A stretch of DNA of 64,000 nucleotides, taken from Podarcis vaucheri. Its lineage: Eukaryota. The stretch lies in the NCBI GenBank assembly GCA_965113315.1, contig OZ220372.1; one strand, given 5' to 3'. Positions 49,979 to 64,000 of this stretch are shown one piece after another. The first letter of the stretch is position 1; each line of letters opens with the position of its first letter. The position numbers and the translations under genes are program-made. The notes beneath the pieces are model-generated. The model saw only the letters and a list, made by a program, of their open reading frames with translations, was not told the DNA's origin and did no database searches.

Positions 49979-52469
49979 ATTTCCCCACAATTAAAAGTAA
50001 AAATTGGTCAGAAGGTAGATTTTGAATAATTGCCCACATCAATGGAGTGCAATATCCAAATTGGAAATTGAATCTGCCCGAGTGCCACACAATCCCTAAT
50101 CAAGATATATGTGGGTGACTCTCTAAATCTGATCCCTGGAAGAAACCCCATGCAAAGGTGTATTCTAAGAACTTTTCCAGAAGATTTCCTTAAGAAGCCA
50201 ATGTTAGGCAGAATCCTGATTTGAGACCTCATGAGTCCCAAGCTGGCTGAGTTTTCTTAGGGCATCTCCACACCATACATAATGCACATCTAAAGTGCAT
50301 GGCTTCCCTGGAAACTATAGTTTACCTCTCACAGAGCTATCATTCCCAACACCCACAAAACTACAGTTTCCAGGAGTCTTTGAGGGAAGCCATGTGCTTT
50401 AAATATACACATCAACTTTTGTCACTATTTCCCTCAGAAATGCAGATTCTGAAACATCCTCTCAGATATACCTTTACCAGATCCTAAGTGAGGAATCAAA
50501 GCCAGGAACTCAAAGCAGACTCTGAGACCTTCACTTCTTCCCTGTTAACGGTGAAACATATAACCAAAGTGCTTCCTGAGTAATGTTGGTGCACTGGTGT
50601 TCTCAAATATGACTTGTGCTTGGCACCAAGATTTTAATAGTTGTCACTGTAAATTGTAGTCAGTGATATCACTGAGTTGGGAATAAGAAAAGAAATAATT
50701 AGCAAGGAACTCTGAGATTAAAAGAACATAAAAGGAAGTTAAAAATAGCAAGTTTAAAGAAGGTTGTTCTTCTAAAATGAATAAAATCATAGCAGGGATC
50801 TAATTAGCAAAGAAATCTTCCATCACATTTCGTCACATGCAGTAAAGTGCACATAGTAGGTTCAGTAGCTTGACTGAACCTCCATGCAGAATCCAAATTT
50901 ATGCAATCTCTGCGTTAACTAGACTGTTTAGTAATTCAGAACAACACAACCTCTTCTCTGACTGTATTGAATCTCTGATCAGAGCAGCTTCTTGCAACCA
51001 AGTTACTACATAGGCTCTACATTGACCTTGTTGCTAGGCTACATCATCCCTTCACTGCATAAAAATTGGAAGACTTATAAAATCATAGAATTGTAGAGTT
51101 TGAAGGGATCCTGAGGATCATCTAGTCTAACCCAATGCAAAGCAGGAAGCTCAACTAAAGCATCCAAACTCCAAACTTCTCCATGCTGGCAGAGATAAGG
51201 GATCACATAAGCCCTCATTGTTACATCTGAAGCAGCACCCCAATTCTACAAGTTGTATCCTGAATTGAAAAGTTCGTTTTGAGTGATGTTTTCCATGTAA
51301 CTTCATTGTAATAATTCAAAGGCAGGTATCTGGGTGTCTGCCATTCAATAAATTTTCTATTGGTGATAAATTCTGGCAAGAGGTTTTTTTATACAGATGC
51401 ATTTATGGGAACAATGTCAGGAGATAAAATATGGATGCAAAATGTTAATGCTAAATTTGGTCACCAGTCTCCTCAGCACAAATATGCACACCAGAAATAT
51501 ACAGCATTTTACCAAATGCTACCAATATCTGAAGCACGTAAATCCCTCTGTGGAGGAAACATGTGAAGCCACTCTTTGCACTATGCACCAATGTGAAAAG
51601 AGGATAAGCAAAGCAGTCAGTCACACATTTCTTCTTTTGCTGTTTCCAACTGATCCAATTAATATAAATGACCAATTTGCTGCATCTCCAATGGATTAAA
51701 ATACTGGGGATAAAATACTGAGCGTGAGTGAGCTCCAGTAACAAAGTATTGAGGAGAAAATAAGGGGGCAGATATGTTAAACACTTGTGCAATCATGGCA
51801 ACAGGGTGAGGAGGTCAGGCCAGTGAAGTCTTACTGCAACTGCCTACCTGGTACCCAGGCTGTGGATGTCATGTGCCATGTAGATCATGTGAGAGAGGAA
51901 TGAATGGTTTTTGCACATCAGCACCAGAGATACTGGGAAATATAGTTGTGAGCAAATATATATGTTACAATGATTCTCCAGTGCACAAAATTTCTATGCA
52001 CAGAGCCTGCTACACAGAGTGTCAGAGTCTCAATGCATTGACATCTGTATGTTAGCCCAGCAGAGAAAATAGCAGCTTTGAGGGGATTTTAAATGGACAA
52101 ACAACATGGTAGAAAATAATTAACATCCCTCCTCCCTGGCCGTGGTCCTGATCAAATTTGCACATGCTTGGCTGCTTTTAAAAGAGACAGGACATCTGAT
52201 TTTGGGCCACCAATGTCTCGTTTAATCCGGCCCTTAGGGAAGGGGGTTAAACAAATGCATGGAAGACAGGTCTATCAACAGCTGTTAACTAAGATAGTTA
52301 AATGGAATCTCCAGGCTCAGAGACAGAGACAGTGTGCCTCTGAATATCAGCTATGAGCAAAAGAAAAGAATTCATGTTGACTGCTCTAGTTACACAGGCT
52401 TCCTGGAAGCATCTGACTAGATGGACTGGGTGGACTCTTGGTCTGACCTAGAAGGGCTCTTCTTATTTA

Positions 52470-52620
52470 AATCAGTGGTAGATCACAGTCGCTGGCATCT
52501 CCAGGCAGAAAATCCCTTAGCTAAAACCCTGGAGAGCCATAGCTAGTCAACACAAACAATACTGGGCTAAATGGACCAATATTCTGACTCAGGATAATGG
52601 AGCTTCACATTTTCCTATTT
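52470..52620 (+). mobile_element. tRNA-derived squamate SINE (Squam3-like), decayed
   Basis: ctggcatctccagg...aaaccctggagagcc...caatactgggctaaatggaccaat..tctgactcag. Confidence 0.65.
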
Positions 52621-54499
52621 TCTTATGGGCAGCTTCAAAGGGAACAAGAGCAGAAATATAATGTCCAAAACCCATCATGTAATATTGCAGCGAGATAAGA
52701 GGAAAAGACAGCACAGAATTACTGTTAGCCGCACCTTGAAACTGTAATCTTTTAAATCATGTGCTGATTATTTCTTTCCATCTTGCCTCAAGTGTAGCCT
52801 ATTGGGAGATTTTCACACATGCCCCTCTTCCAGCATGAGTGAAATCCAAGTCCAAAAGTCAGCATGCCTATACTCTGCATGTCTTTAGGCTTTATCTGCT
52901 TAAGGTACTGAGAAAAAACACATTTGTACTCCCATTAATCCTGAAGAGTCCCATTACAAGTTTTTACCACCATTAATCCCTGCAGCGTTGAGGAAGAGAG
53001 AAGATCCTATGAGGAATGAGTCAAAGCTAAAGCACATCACAGTCATACCAGTGTTTTAAGCCGTTCCACTTTGAGCTGAGATTTAAAGGGGGGCAGGAAA
53101 GACAAAAAATATATCACATGTTGGTGTATTTAAACATTCATAACTTTATAACTAACCAGTCTATTTTCTTCCAATGAAGAAGCTTCTATTGAAGGGCACA
53201 AGAAACTTAAAAAGGCCAAATCTGTAAACTCAATGGTACATCTTGATTTGAGACTCTTTGTCCACAGACCTCATAAATCACTTCTATTCTTCCTACTTCC
53301 TAACGGTCGCAGCAGCCCTTAAACACTGTGTAAAATTGAAGCATCCAGCTAATGTGAAAAGTATTCAATGAAGAATTCAGATCTGGGGTAGGAAACCTGT
53401 TGCTCTCCAGATGTTGTTAGACTCCAGTCCCCCCCACACACACACCCATCTAACATGGTAATTGGTCAGTGATGATGGCAGTCACAGGTTCCCCACCCAT
53501 GTGCTAGGTGAGATCTCTTCCTGTAACAAGTGTTCCATAGCTTAAGAACTGGAAAGTGCTGCCTGGCACCTCAATCCTGAATATATTTACTCAAAAGCAG
53601 GCCTAATTGATTTGAAAGGAGCTTAGTTTCACAGAAAGTATGCTTAGGATCCCAGTCTATAACAATGAGGATGTACTTATCTTTAAGTAAAATCCTACTG
53701 ATTTTTAAACTAGGCTGTTCAAGTGTTTAAAGGTAAGAATATGTTTTGCTAGATTATGTTTCATATCCAGGGGCCTAGCCGAATAATAAGATTTATGTGC
53801 CTTGGATTTTAAGATTAAAATGTTGAAAAGAATAACACTAAAAACCAGTAACATGGACAAATCAACTGAACCAAAAAGCACAGAATCATAGAAATAAACT
53901 GCAATCCTATTTCTATTGTGAAAAATAACCCCTTTATTTCAAATAAGTTCAGCATCTTCTATGAATGTATACATTCAGAGATATGAACACCTGCCTGTTA
54001 CGCTATCACCAATTTGTCCTTTAACCTTTGGCCCTTTCCTTTGATCTTAAAGAATAAGGAACTGGGAAATGAATATTTAAGGAACAATTATCTGAAGGGG
54101 GAAATAATTGGAGGCATGTATACATGGGAATTTGTTTGGAGGGATCTGCTAGAGGAAGAAAATAGGTTCAGCAAAAATGAGCCATGAGAATGATGAAACT
54201 GGGTTTAGCTATGGCATCAGAACATTGGAAGATCCCTGCTAGACTCACAAAAAATCCCAACGAATTCTACATTGTGTTTCAGCATAAGCAAGATGTGAAG
54301 GTGAGACCAACACTGCCTTTTTCGTTCTCAAGAATCATTTGATATTCAGAGGTATACTGCCCCATCACTATTCACTGTCACAGGTAAAAGTTTCTGATTA
54401 ACCTACCCCCCTATAAATAGTTTAATTGTTTCAAAAGTAACAGAGCTAATGGCCTCCATTATGCCTGCCACAAGAAAAGCATTGTATGAAGAGTGAGCT

Positions 54500-54815
54500 G
54501 CATTCTGGGAGCTGTTGTTGGCGAAAGGTGGTGAGAATTGTTAGGAGGTCACCAATTCCTCTCACAGAACTACAATTTCCAAAGTTCCCTGGGAACAGGG
54601 ATTGATTGTTAAATGTAGCTCTGGGAATTGTAGCTCCGGGAGGAAACAGGGTATCTATAATTATCCAGAGCTACATTTATTAAGAGTGCGGGGAACAGGA
54701 ATCTCCTAACAACTCCCAGTACCTTTCAAAAGCTATAGCTCTCAGAATTGCCTGCAGGAAGCCATGGCTGTTTATAGTGGTATCATAGCGCTGTAAATAT
54801 ATAGTGTGAATGTGA
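54500..54815. mobile_element. Internally inverted MITE-like element (related fragment near 50262-50410)
   Basis: ttgttaggag / ctcctaacaa and aaatgtagctctgg / ccagagctacattt inverted pairs. Confidence 0.55.
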
Positions 54816-55144
54816 CCACAGACAAACAATTCCAGAGTTGGCCTTACCATTAGAAAGAGTGAGGCAGCCACCTGAGTCAATCTATTTTTGGTATCTTTAA
54901 ATGGTGCCAAATAATTCAATAGCTATTACCATTGTACTTCTCTAGTAGTTAGAGAAGGGGAGAGATGCATGTTTTTGCCTCCGATGCCAAAATAATTTGA
55001 CTGGCCTTAGGTACTATGGATCCTAACTGGGTGTGGGGCAGGGAGAGCAATACCATTCTCTGCTCCACCACAGGCAGCAAAATGTCTTGGACTGGTACAC
55101 ACACAAGCACACAGAGAATACTGTCACTAAGCTGGACACTCAAG

Positions 55145-55288
55145 TGGCAGTTAGCTCAGTTGGTTAGAGTGTGGTGCTGATAATGCCAAGGTTACGGGTT
55201 AGATTCCCATACAAGCCACATGCACGGCAGAGGATTTGCCTTGATGACCCTTGAGGTACCCTTCCAACTCTACAGTTCTATGATTCTA
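55145..55288 (+). mobile_element. tRNA(Ile)-like-headed SINE with CR1 tail
   Basis: gttagctcagttggttagagtgtggtgctgataatgccaaggtt head and cccttccaactctacagttctatgattcta tail. Confidence 0.8.
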
Positions 55289-55300
55289 AGCAAGATACTA

Positions 55301-55525
55301 CAGTGGTACCTCAGGTTAAGTACTTAATTCGTTCCGGAGGTCTGTTCTTAACCTGAAACTGTTCTTAGCCTGAAGCACCACTTTAGCTGCTGCCACGCCG
55401 CCGAGCCCAATTTCTGTTCTTCTCCTGAAGCAAAGTTCTTAACCCAAGGTACTATTTCTGGGTTAGCGGAGTCTGTAACCTGAAGTGTATGTAACCTGAA
55501 GCGTCTGTAACCCAGGGTACCACTG
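55301..55525. mobile_element. Tigger/TcMar-type MITE (225 bp)
   Basis: TIRs cagtggtacc...ggtaccactg with TA duplications at 55299-55300 and 55526-55527; internal repeated taacctgaa motif. Confidence 0.9.
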
Positions 55526-57829
55526 TATACTGTTACTCTGAGACACAGAGGTCTTTAAGCATTTAACACTGGATTTAAATCAATCACACCAAAGGCTAGA
55601 ATTTAGGGGCCGGGGGTGAAGGGACAAGACTTACCTCATAACTAACACCCAAGACAGACACAAGACACTCAACTAACACTCAAGACAGACACAAACAACA
55701 GCAAGAGAAATCAAAATTAGGATGCAAGGGATTTTAGGAAAGTAATGTTCTAGATTGGAATAAGAAGGCCACACCTGCAGACTACAAGCCCCAACACCTC
55801 TAACAATGTCAATGTTGCTGCTCCCAGCAGGAAAGGATTTATAGGTGTCTGCAGCATTAGGGCCACATGGGGCTGAGGGGCCTCCAAGTTATCTGAGAGG
55901 ATAGCTTTGAAATGTGACTACAAGCAGTGAATTGAGATGGTTGAATTCTAGCATTTTAGTTGTTTTGTTTCTACTGTTTGCTTCTCCTTCTTCCCAATTA
56001 AAATCAGTGGAGGCTGGTCCGTTAGGACAGAGGTCACCAACCTGGTGCCCATGAAGGCCTTCATTGGCATCCCTGAAGGGGGTTACCAGACTCAGAGCTT
56101 TCATTAAAAAAAGAAGTTTCCAGCCCTTCTAATAAGAAATTTTTCAATCATAACATGCAGGCACCATTCTGAATAATTTCTTTCAAATGAGCCAGCCTGG
56201 CTGTTCCTGCCTCTCAATGTTTTTAGCCAATAAGTGAGGTCAGAGCTGTGACTGATATAGTAAGTTGTTTGGACCCCAGGCAATAGGAATCCATGCAGTC
56301 CTAACAGAGATGGATTTATAATGGTACAGTTGCAGCAATTGCACCAGGGCTCATGGCAGCAGAAGACCCAAACACTGAGTTTTTAATTTTTTAAACAGTA
56401 TGTCTTCAGCCCTTCTAGAAATAAAGCTTACAAAGTGTAATGTGCAGGCAGCCTTCAAAGCTGTGGGTTGCCAACCTGATGCAAGCAGAGGGATGACTAT
56501 AATCTATCTTCAAGCTCCGCAGCATGGAGCATTTGCTGGAGTTGGAAGGACTCACCAACTTCCAACTCCCATTGGCTATGAGACTAACTCCTCCCCTACT
56601 TTCTAGAAGGATTTGCCTGGGCGGCTACTGTGGGACAAAATGAGAGGAGAGGAGAGGAGTGATAGTTGCTACACCTCTGGTGTTGGGGGTGGGGGAAAGT
56701 GCTGAGACCAATTCACCTCCTCTTCTTTGGCTGCCCAGGGAAGGACTTTCTGAAAAGATGGGGACCTAAGAAGTGTGGATGCAACACATACATTAAAAAA
56801 TTGTTAAACTCCCTCTTCCAAATCAGGCAGATCTTTTTGTAATGGGAAAAGACAACAGGAATTCCAGCCACAGAACCCTTACATTACATGAAGTTTGGCC
56901 ATCTATCCAAGAACCTGAAATCCAGAATACACCTTAAGGTAAAGAATAGTCCATGGTTTGGTACAAATTGCATTTAATATCTCAAAAGGGAGGGGGAGGG
57001 ACATAGGAAGAAAGGCCCTTTCCCCTAGGATTTGAATCTACCAACAATAATCCTGTGCTTCTTATATATGCTAATTCATCCATCAGCAACCACTGAAGAC
57101 TCATCATCTTTGATGGTTTGTGAGGTTAAAATGGGACAGAATGAATAATAAAAAAGGCACTGAGAAGGTCACAAATATTACGGACATCTGTCTTGATGAC
57201 ATCTAATCTAGGAGACTGTGGTGCCACCCTTGCAGCATATCAGACATGCCTGGTTTGAACAAAGTATGATAAGATAATATTGTACTAATACATATTATTA
57301 TTGTTAAAAAATAAAACAATGCACTAATGATAAACTAGAGCTTACAACACTATATTCATCAATAGCTATGACCCATAAGCACAAGGAGTCCACCTCTGTG
57401 ACCACAAGCCAGTGACCTCTGTCTGATGCTGCTGCACAGCCCAGCCTAAAATAAAACATCTGCATCTATAATTCACACAATTGCAAAAAAAATCAGGAAA
57501 TGAGCGCAAGGAAGAAAAAAAAATTAAGAAAACGGGTGAGGGAAATTTCCTTTCAGGGTTGCATCCCCATCCCTCATTCACCAATAACAGCAGAGCCCCA
57601 AATTATCAACTACATTGTAACTACATTAATTCGCATGGGGGTATTTTTTCTCTCCAGCCTAAGTACTTCCAAATATAGCTATTTAGCTGATATTCTTCCA
57701 TTTTCTTAAGCTTCATGCTAAAATATATAACCTATCGCTGCAATCCTGTGCACACTTATTTGGGAGTAAAGCCAATTGAATATAGCGGGATTTCCATATA
57801 ACTATGCATAGGAGTGGACTATTGTGTAT

Positions 57830-57831
<2 letters not shown>

Positions 57832-57873
<42 letters not shown>
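57832..57873. repeat. (GT)n microsatellite
   Basis: Seen directly. Confidence 0.95.
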
Positions 57874-57875
<2 letters not shown>

Positions 57876-58477
57876 TAAATCCTATTTCTGCCATGGACTT
57901 AAGCATATCAGTGTCGGTTCCTCCTCTTTACAGGGAAGATAATAATAACCTCTCAGAGCATTGCTGTGCAGCACTTCTCAGCTTGTGAGAAATTCCTACA
58001 GAAACTGGAAAGCAGGAGAACAAAATCAGCCAAAGACAAAATGTTGTATTTGTCATACTTGCCCCAAGCAGAGTTCAAGTGGATTAAAGGGTAGCAGAAG
58101 GAATGGGAGGCAGAGCACTAGTTTATTAGTTCACAGTTGCTAAGAAGAGAGCAGGCACATTCTATTTCTTTGCCCAGTCAAGATATATACAAAATCTGGG
58201 TTTATCAGGGAAGTCGTTTCAGTTCTCCTGGCAACTGTTCATACAGTTATAGGATGCCAACACATAGGGATGCTCACTTTATACTTTGAGAAACTTGGGT
58301 TTAGATATTCACAAATCAATTAAAAAACACCCACAAAATAAAATTAAAAAGTTTTCTTATTATTTGAATTATCATGTTATTTATTACTAACATCATAAAT
58401 TAAATTATGGCTGCATTATTGCTAACCAAGCTCAGGGTGCACTCAATTAAAATCAGAGAAGAAACAAAAGGTTTTCA

Positions 58478-58780
<303 letters not shown>

Positions 58781-59144
58781 TCAGACTGGCAAAGTCCATC
58801 ATTCCAAGTAGTTAGTACAAAATCCTGACCCTTTTCTCTTACACATCACTTTGTCTGATTGCACAAACATAGGTTGGTATATTGGAAGAATCCCATAAAT
58901 TTACACACTTTTCTTCCTCTCTTTCTCTGTTCTTCCTGGTTAATATGAACTAATTTACAGCAGAATTCTAACCATGTCTGCTCAGAAGTAAGCGCCAACA
59001 GGACCTACTCCCAGGTAAGTGTCCATAGAATTGCAGTGTTAAATCTGAAAAGGTAAAATAGCAGTTGGCTTCTAAAACAGAGACTGAAACCAGGGTTAGA
59101 AGTTTACTTCAATCTCTGGTTTAGAAGCTAACTATGGTCAGAAC

Positions 59145-59510
59145 GGGACGCGGGTGGCGCTGTGGGTTAAAGCCTCAGCGCCTAGGGCTTGCCGATCGAA
59201 AGGTCGGCAGTTCGAATCCCCGCGGCGGGGTGCGCTCCCGTCGTTCGGTCCCAGCGCCTGCCAACCTAGCAGTTCGAAAGCACCCCCGGGTGCAAGTAGA
59301 TAAATAGGTACCGCTTACCAGCGGGAAGGTAAACGGCGTTCCGTGTGCTGCGCTGGCTCGCCAGATGCAGCTTTGTCACGCTGGCCACGTGACCCGGAAG
59401 TGTCTCCGGACAGCGCTGGCCCCCGGCCAATAGATGTGAGATGGGCGCACAAACCCCAGAGTCTGTCAAGACTGGCCCGTTCGGGCAGGGGTACCTTTAC
59501 CTTTTACCTT
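59145..59510 (+). mobile_element. Full-length Sauria-type SINE, young copy
   Basis: gggacgcgggtggcgctgtggg head, box B gttcgaatccc and acctttaccttttacctt tail. TSD tatggtcag at 59133-59141 and 59511-59519. CpGs intact. Confidence 0.9.
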
Positions 59511-62500
59511 TATGGTCAGTGGTAACTGTTCTTATGCCAGGTCAGATGTAGCAATGAAACCTTGCAGTTAACACTAACTAGAGAAAGAAAGGGAAATTCA
59601 TACAGCTGGAGGAAGTTGGGAGATGGCAGAACCTTGTTGGATGTTCCCAGTTATCAAAGCATGCTTTGGGAGTGTGATGGGTCGCTGGTAGGCTTCAGTT
59701 TTAATGGCAGAGCCAATCAGTTATCAACCAATAGGCTTCCCAGTCCTCCATATAACTGAAGAAAGCAGTCATGTTTGGGGAGAGCCTCACTAGTGGGGGA
59801 ACTCCTCTTTACTACTCTAAAACAAAACAAAACAAAAAACAAAACAAAAAGGATGTGCTCTCCAACTCTAGAAAGGGAAAGCACATGAAAAATAATAAAA
59901 ATTATTGAAAAACACTTGGCATTGCTGATGTTCACCTGTTGTCTTTTGAGGGCTACATGAGTGTTCTTGGGATTGAATGATCCTCTAACAAAAAATAAAA
60001 ACAGTCCCCAAGAAAGCACAACTCTAAGAGCTGAACTTTAAAAAGTATAGAAAATTGTGTTAACATAGTAAATGAGTGAGGGTGGGGTATTTGTTGTGAC
60101 ACTGACATTTAGGTGGGTACAACGGAATTCCAGCAGCCACATTCTGCACAAAGGACAACAATTTGCATTTCCCATCCACAAAATGCTGTAGGTGGAACAC
60201 AGGGGAAATGTGACAGTCCTGCAGCAGAAAAGTGTCTTAAATAAATATGCCTGAATCCCACAAAATAATTGAGTGAAAGGACCCTAACGTTCTGTGGGAA
60301 ACCCAGAAACAAATCTACCCTTGGCTGCTCAGCTCAATGGGTGACCTTGGGCAACTCACCTAGTCATCATCTTCTGGTTGCTGTGAAGCTAAAAGGTCAT
60401 TTTGAGTACCTCAAATGAAGGGTGAGGTATAACAAAATGCCATCTGCCTTAACAATATATGCATGCTTTTTTTTTATCCAAACATTATCGTAAATAGAGT
60501 CACTGAAGCAACTAACTCCGCAAGCTACTCCTGCAACCTAAACTGCAACAGGGAGGAAGTGATACAGGCACCTCCCCGTAAGATGAAAGTATGCAGTGCT
60601 GCACTCTGAGTCTTGGCATACTTATGTATGACTTGCAAACAGAGGCACACATAAATCTTTTTCATGTCACGAGTTTTAGACATTCAGGAGCACTCCCATG
60701 AGTAGAACAGAAATTTCATGATGCCTCTAGCTCTATAACAAATTGTGGCATTTGGTATCATAGCTATTGTTGTTCTGTTAAGTAAGTGTGAGCACAGGTT
60801 TTCAAAAGTTCTTTAAGTCCTACAAGGTCACTGTGATCTAAACAACTAGAAACATCCATGCAATGAAGTACAAGGCCAAGAGTGTTCCTTCACACAGCTG
60901 CTCTTTTTCCGTCTGCATTTTAATGGAACTAACTCAAACCAAGTTCACAGAGTCTATTAGTTATGCTTATTAATGCAGGCTTATGTGCCACAACTCCAGC
61001 TGACTTTCAATAAGAATTGAATGAATGTATCTGATGGCAAATCTGGCTCCCACATATGCAATGCAGATGAGATAAGTTATTATGAGAAACATTCATTTTG
61101 CATTTTTTGGCTTTTTGAATACTTAACAGTGAAGCATTTCATCAACATTTATTTTTGCATGCAAATTAATTTATCTCTGTATTGATGTTTATAATTTGCA
61201 TTTTTAAAATTTGAGGAAGCGAGTAAGGAACTTTTAAAGGAAACTTTTAAAGGGAAAATGGATAAATAAAATAAAACTTTAAACTAGCTCCACTGCATAA
61301 TTGCAAAGAAACACTGTTGAACATTGCATATTTTCAGTTTTGCATGGTCTATATTTGCTGCTGCTTCTTCCAGAATCACCACAGATTTATAAAGCAAGAG
61401 TACCTTTTTAGGATACCTTAACAATTAAGATATGACGATCATCCTCAATGACTGCACATAAGTAAATCCCATTGAGTTGCATGGGCTAACATCATGTGGA
61501 CTATACAAACAGCTGCAAACACACAGTGAACTCTGTGTAGCATTTGGTATCCAGAAAAAACACACATGAACATATCCATATTGGCCTTGTGCAATGCGTG
61601 TTTCTCATAACAATGTATGTCATCATTTCACATATAGAATCCAGTTTTGCCCCAAATAATTCATTCAAGCTATTCACCATTCACATCTGTTCTGCTACCT
61701 GTACTAAAAATATGTGCATGGTGTGTATACAGAAATTTCAGCATGAGCATCTTCATGAATATTCACAACTCTGCATACATCTCCTTAGATATGTGCATTG
61801 GTCCATGTATGCTGTCCACAGCTTGTGGACAACAGCTCCCTTTGGCATGACTATACATAAAGCTCTGACTAAATTTCCATTTCAAAATATCTTTTCTTCA
61901 GGGCTCAGAAACTTGGTGGCATAGATACGTTCAGGGCAAATTTGAGAAGCGGGTAAAACGATTTTCACACAAATATCTCAGTTCAAGCATCTTCATATTT
62001 TCAGCCTGTGGGTAAACCAGAAGGTCTTACGTAGGGGGCCATTTCACAGCTCAACGAAGCCAAGGGAATATACCAGTATCTTACCAGCATCCAAGTGCTT
62101 TCACTTATTTTCTGTATTCTGCCTTTGCCCTTCACTCATAAATCAACTCTCTAATCAGACAGCTTTGCATCTTTTGCTCCCTGTCCCCCCACAACTACTC
62201 CATCTACATCCCCCACCCACCCGAGGATATTAAATCAATGGTTAATATGTCTCAAATTTATGGAGGCAGTAGAGTATGACAGTGGAGATGGTTTGTCATT
62301 TCTGCTGCTTCAAGGACCCCTAGATTGCTGTAACTTCCTTATCCCTGTCCTCCTTCTGACACACAATCTAGATGTGAATTAATTTGCAAGGGGTTAATGT
62401 GCAGAGGTTCTCCATTAGGCACTTTGGGTGAATCTCTGAAAGGAAATAATTCCATTAATGCAATTAGTGTAATGAGAGATAGATGAATGTAACATTACAT

Positions 62501-63007
62501 AGCTTTGTAATATCATCATCATCATCATTGTCGTCATGTAAATTTCCAGTTATACAGCCAAGGCAAGCAGAACCAAAGTAGGAAAAGCAATCAAGGGTTG
62601 CAAATTTATTACGTTAAAATTCATATGCATGACAAAATTTGCAAAATTTTGCACATTTGCTGGGTACCAATTCAAATGTGAACAGTTGTCCAAGGGAATA
62701 TATATTTCAGTTTAACAAAGTAGCATGTTTACTTTGGAGAAATTATGAGCAAACACACATAGGGTCAGGCAGATAATTTCAGGTCAGCTGGAAATCAGTG
62801 GCTCTGTATTGTGAGCCATGCAAATGCCCAATCACCCAAAGAGATCCATTTAAATTTTCTGCTGTTTGTGAATCTATTGATTCAACTTCTTTTCTTGTTT
62901 ACCCAGAGAAAATACAAAATCTGTAAATGGTTGACATATATGCAGGAGGAGGATAAAATGAAGCCAAGCTAAACAAGCAAGACCATAGTCAAAATAAAAA
63001 AAATCCT

Positions 63008-63291
<284 letters not shown>

Positions 63292-63739
63292 CTATCCTAC
63301 CCCAAAATACAGGCCAGCCCCATCAGTGGAAGCCAAGTGCAAGGACTTCTACTTATGGAAAGGGCCTTTCCCCCTCATCTCCTCACGCTGCCCCCTAGGG
63401 AGGAGAGCTGGTATTGTTCCATCTGGCAGGCAGAAATGATTATGTGGGCGGAAAGATTGGAAGAGCCCATCATTAAATTCCACCCAGAACTGATTTGGTT
63501 ACTGTTTCTATACAGTTACTGTTATTCTAAACGGCAGTTGCTTTCAGGTACAGAACTTACACAGAAGTGAGTTTTTGCCAGCACCTTACGGTATATAATG
63601 AAGGTGTCAGGTGAGCTTCCCTGGAGAGAGCATTCCACAAGCGAGAAACTACTGCAGAAAAGGCCAGTTCTTGTATTGTCACCCCCCAGACCTCACACGA
63701 AGAACGGCCTCAGGCCTTTCTTGCAAGCTCTGGGTGGGT

Positions 63740-63910
63740 TAGTATGGGGAGAGGTGGTAATATGCAATTGCAATACTTTGCAATATGTTCTAGTGGTTCT
63801 GGCTTTGAAATGTGTTCAAAATACTGCTTTCAGGCTGATGCTGGGATCCTGTTGTCTGGAGCATGTGACTCCATTGTTATTCACTTTGCTTTGACTCTCA
63901 GTCTGGTTTA
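63740..63910 (+). mobile_element. Decayed L2 LINE ORF2 fragment
   Basis: ORF 63598..63894 ends CNTL...VQNTAFRLMLG...EHVTPLLFTL, resembling the L2 motif YCN...VQNAAARL..G...HITP.L..LHWLP. Confidence 0.6.
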
Positions 63911-64000
63911 ACCCAGGCTCTGGAACTCTCTGCCCTAGAAAGCCAGCCTAGTCCTTTCCCTTTCTGTAGACTGGCACAAAGCACCATATTGATGTAGATC

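Noticed and set aside
55145-55210. tRNA-Ile-like sequence (also 40193-40250 and 48300-48362)
   Set aside because: Degenerate stems running straight into LINE-derived tails, so these are SINE heads rather than tRNA genes.

Overview
Vertebrate genomic DNA, almost certainly from a squamate reptile (probably a lizard, judged from its Sauria-type SINE, tRNA/CR1-tailed SINEs, CR1, L2 and Penelope fragments). The window holds the 3' half of GRIN2B (NMDA receptor subunit GluN2B) on the minus strand. There are six coding exons: 63254-63129, 58746-58517, 39601-39441, 37208-37021, 36494-36256 and 33730-31832. All have canonical GT-AG sites and lengths of 126/230/161/188/239 nt plus the long C-terminal exon ending in YEKL...ESDV. 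Upstream exons lie beyond position 64000. The introns carry many short transposon remnants. Downstream of the stop codon, about 25.6 kb (31831 to ~6240) is inferred to be a giant 3' UTR ending at a Pumilio-site/AATAAA cluster. The most striking unexplained signal is that this region is tiled with nested, imperfect long-range inverted repeats of about 90-1000 nt span. The best is 18444-18541 pairing with 19367-19469, where mismatches lean towards G-U pairs on the mRNA strand, suggesting a structured RNA. All pairings were found by eye and still need folding statistics and covariation tests. Almost all other ORFs in the track are noise.
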